Source: Felis catus (Eukaryota). Taken from it: a stretch of 64,000 nucleotides of DNA. The translations under genes were made by a program, and so were the position numbers. Positions 60,501-64,000 of the stretch are shown here, piece after piece. The first letter of the stretch is position 1. Every line of letters starts with the position of its first letter. Under the pieces are notes generated by a model. That model searched no databases, was not told the DNA's origin, and worked only from the letters and a program-made list of their open reading frames with translations. Where the stretch lies: NCBI RefSeq assembly GCF_018350175.1, contig NC_058375.1:620001-684000 (forward strand), read 5' to 3'.

Positions 60501-62720
60501 GAAGAGGACAAAATACCAACACGAATGGGAGTTTGGAAGGAGTGGACTCCCGTACTCATGGAGGACTTTCAGGGGGTCCAGCCATCAGGGGAGGAAGGAT
60601 GCAAGTGTGTAGAAGCAGCAGGGGCACTACGATTGGAAGCGTGGTCTAAAGAGGTGACTGCATCGCTGTGGTCTTGGGATAAAGCCTGAATGGATGAGGA
60701 TCTGTTTCTTACGAACGAGCAAAGAAAGTGACTTCTTGAGCTGGAATCTACTCCTGTTGGAGACGCCATGAAGACTGTTGAAGTGAAAAAGGATTGAGAA
60801 TATGACGTACACTTGGGGCACCTGGGTGGCCCAGTCGGTTAAATGTCTGACTCGGGCTCAGGTCATGATCTCACGGCTCGTGGGTCCAAGCCTCGCACTG
60901 AGCCCTCTGCTGTCAACGCGGAGCCCCTTTTGGATCCTTGTCTCTCTCTTTCTCTGCCCCCTCCCCTGCTCACTCGCACATGTGCTCTCTCCCTCTCAAA
61001 AATAAATAAACATTAAAAATAGAATATGACGTACACTTCGTTGATAAAGCAGCAGGAGGGTGAGAGGGGATGGGCTCCAATTTTAAAAGTTGTTCTGTGG
61101 GTAAAATGCTATCAAACAGCAACACGTACTGCAGAGAAATCATCCTTGAAAGGAAAAGTTAATCAGTGCAGCAAAGCTGATTGTTGTCTTATTTTAAGAA
61201 ATCGCCACGGCCACGCCAGCCTTCGGCACCCGCCACAGCGCCCAGTCAGCAGCTGTCCCTTGAGCTCACATGATGGTTAGCATTTTTACCAATATCTATT
61301 TTTATTTAAAAATATTTTTTTAACCTTTATTTATTTTTGAGAGAGAGAAAGAGACAGACAAACAGAGTGTGAGCAGGGGACGAGCAGCGAGAGAGGGAGA
61401 CACAGAATCCCAAGCAGGCTCCAGGCTGACAGCACAGAGCCTGATGCGGGTCTCGAACCCATGAACCGTGAGTTCATGACCTGAGCTGAAGTCGGACGCT
61501 TAACCAAGTGAGCCATTCAGGCGCCCCAAATTTATTTTTACTTTACAAGATTTCATTTTTAAGTAATCTCTACACCCGCCATGAGGCTGGAACTCACGAC
61601 CCTGAGATCAAGAGTCGCTCCATCGACTGAGCCAACCAGGTGCCTCAGCAAGAAAAGTATTTTTATTTAAAAAAAAAAAATTTTTTTTTCAACGTTTATT
61701 TATTTTTTGGGACAGAGAGACAGAGCGAGACAGAGCATGAACGGGGGAGGGGCAGAGAGAGGGAGACACAGAATCGGAAACAGGCTCCAGGCTCTGAGCC
61801 ATCAGCCCAGAGCCCGACGCGGGGCTCGAACTCCCGGACCGCGAGATCGTGACCTGGCTGAAGTCGGACGCTTCACCGACTGTGCCACCCAGGCGCCCCA
61901 AGAAAAGTATTTTTTAAAGTGAAGTGTGTACATTGTTTTTTTTAGACACTTCACACTTCAGAAACTACAACACACTATCAACATAAATTTTATGTGCACT
62001 GGGAAACCAAAAAGATTCATTTGACTCACTTGATTGCAGGATTTGCTTTACTGCAGTGGACCCCAGCCCGCAGTATCTCCGAAGCGTGCCTGGACAAAGA
62101 TTAACGCAACATGGATTATGCACCTAAACGTAAGAATCAAAACTACAAAACTTTTACACTGAAGAAAATCTTAGTGGCCCTGGATCTGGCAAAAAGTTCC
62201 TTAAATCAAGGATCACAAAGTATCAAAGAAAAAGACCTGACAAATTCATTACAATTAAAATCTTTTACCCTTTTTAAAATAACTGTTCAGAAAATGAAAA
62301 TAGAAGCTACAGGCTGCTACACAGATATGTTACAAAAGCCTCGCATCCAGAATGCATAAAGGATTATAAAAACCTAAAGAAAATGGGCAAAAGATCCCAA
62401 CTTTGGGCAAGCCCCCCAAATTAGACGTATCAACTGGGAAGAAGCACACGAAAGGATGCCCGAGGGCATCAGCCATCGGAAACGCGAGTTCGAGCCACAG
62501 TAGGAGAGCACGTGACGCTGCTGGACCGGCTGAGGAAGCGAGAGGGCAGACTGACCACGGCAAGTGTTGACGCAGCTGCGGAGGAACTGGAGGCCGCCCA
62601 CACCGCTGCCGGGAACGGAGTCGCTACATCCGCCACAGGCTCCTGCCTCTCCGCTCCTGGGCGTCGCCAAGAGAAACGAAAGCGCGGGTCCACACAAAGA
62701 CGTGTGGGGCCCTACTTGCG
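57340..62720 (+). mobile_element. Old L1 ORF2 fragment interrupted by Tigger1 and SINEs
   Basis: ORF2-like remnants (ENYKTLLTEVKE..WRDAPCS; QTAWYRHR). The L1 text CTCACACTACATA|CAAAGATTAAC is contiguous across the Tigger1. Confidence 0.75.
58698..62092 (+). mobile_element. Near full-length Tigger1-type (TcMar) DNA transposon with several SINE insertions; transposase decayed
   Basis: TA|CAGGCGTAAGTC... left end, ...TATCTCCGAAGCGTGCCTG right end, internal Tigger1 text (AAAGCTTCAAAGGACAGGCTGACTCTC). Confidence 0.85.
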
Positions 62721-63306
62721 ATGCCCCGAAGCTGGAAACAAGCCGCCACTGAGCTCTTGGCTCAAATGCCACTCTCTCAAGACTTCCATATTCCCCCACG
62801 CTCATCTCCTGGTCTCTGCGGTTGCCACTACCTGCCCTCACATTACTCTCTCATTTGTGGCCTGTCTTCCCTCCCCGTCTGATGATGGAAGCTACAGAAA
62901 TCCTATTTTACTGAGGGTTCTAAGGGCCTGAAAAGGGCCTCACCGAATTCGCATGGCTGTTACCAGCCAAGCAGGCTACACGTTGAAGGCCAGAGCTCAG
63001 GGGACAGGCTGGTCTGGGCACAGAGGTCTGGGTTCCGTCAGCACCTGGTGAGCGCTTACAACCACGGAACTGGATGGGCTCCCGGGCGGTGGGCGGGCAG
63101 GAGACCCAAGAGCGGCAAGGGTTTCAGGATGCAGAGCTGGGGGGTGGCACCGAGTGCCGGGAGGTGAGGACAGAAAGGCCACGCAGGACCCAAAAAGGTG
63201 CCAGGAGATGCTGGTAAGAGATACAAGATGGCAGAGTTTGGCTCAGTATGTGGAAAAAAACCACATGCATGTGTTTACCTCCTTATTACATTAAGAACTG
63301 TCTGAA

Positions 63307-63990
63307 GGGGGCCCTTGGGGGGCTCAGTCAGTTGGGCGTCCGACTTCAGCTGAGGTCGTGATCTCATCGCCGGTGAGTTCACGCCCTGCATCAGGCTCTG
63401 GGCTGACAGCTCAGAGCCTGGAGTCTGTTTCGGATTCTGTGTCTCCCTCTCTCTCTGCCCCTCCCCTGCTCACACTCTGTCTCTCTCTCTCTCTCTCAAA
63501 AATAAACAAAGAGGGGCGCCTGGGTGGCGCAGTCGGTTGGGCGTCCGACTTCAGCCAGGTCACGATCTCGCGGTCCGTGAGTTCGAGCCCCGCGTCGGGC
63601 TCTGGGCTGATGGCTCAGAGCCTGGAGCCTGTTTCCGATTCTGTGTCTCCCTCTCTCTCCACCCCTCCCCCGTTCATGCTCTGTCTCTCTCTGTCCCAAA
63701 AATAAATAAACGTTGAAAAAAAAATTAAAAAAAAAAAATAAACAAAGATTGGGGCGCCTGGATGGCGCAGTCGGTTGGGCGTCTGACTTCAGCCAGGTCA
63801 CAATCTCGCGGTCTGTGAGTTCAAGCCCCGCGTCGGGCTCTGGGCTGATGGCTCAGAGCCTGGAGCCTGTTTCCGATTCTGTGTCTCCCTCTCTCTCTGC
63901 CCCTCGCCTGTTCATGCTCTGTCTCTCTCTGTCCCAAAAATGGATAAACGTTGAAGAAAAAAAAAAAAAATAAATAAATAAAGATTAAGA
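63307..63990 (+). mobile_element. Three head-to-tail Can-SINEs, serially inserted into A tails
   Basis: Heads at about 63307, 63513 and 63751; shared AAATAAACAAAGA junction text. Confidence 0.88.
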
Positions 63991-64000
63991 AAAAATTTAA

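Noticed and set aside
59344-60821. Domesticated TIGD-like transposase gene
   Set aside because: The Tigger1 coding region is broken by stops, frameshifts and SINE insertions.

Overview
Mammalian genomic DNA, almost certainly from a felid: it is dense in Felidae-type Can-SINEs (SINEC_Fc). The region is syntenic with human 1p36.33 and holds three tandem minus-strand genes. These are the 5' part of CDK11 (exon 1 to exon 5, with coding exon 2 hidden in an N gap), a complete SLC35E2(B) (8 coding exons, 405 aa), and all coding exons of NADK (about 463 aa, exon 10 mostly in an N gap, exon 1 probably beyond the window). There are two CpG-island promoters (CDK11 at about 6.5-7.5 kb, SLC35E2 at about 34.9-36.4 kb). 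Repeats include many SINEs, old L1 fragments, two solo LTRs and a near full-length Tigger1 nested in an L1. The most unusual element is a 10-unit, ~75-bp array directly upstream of the SLC35E2 promoter (36293-37100). It alternates a conserved palindrome-containing core with variable spacers, and each spacer can fold into a hairpin whose arms vary together. Other leads are a candidate alternative first coding exon of NADK that would remove the AKT-regulated N-terminus, a GC-AG intron with a competing frameshifting GT donor, an expanded poly-Glu tail on NADK, and a spliced uORF in SLC35E2. Gene identities and human comparisons come from recalled protein sequences, not from database searches.
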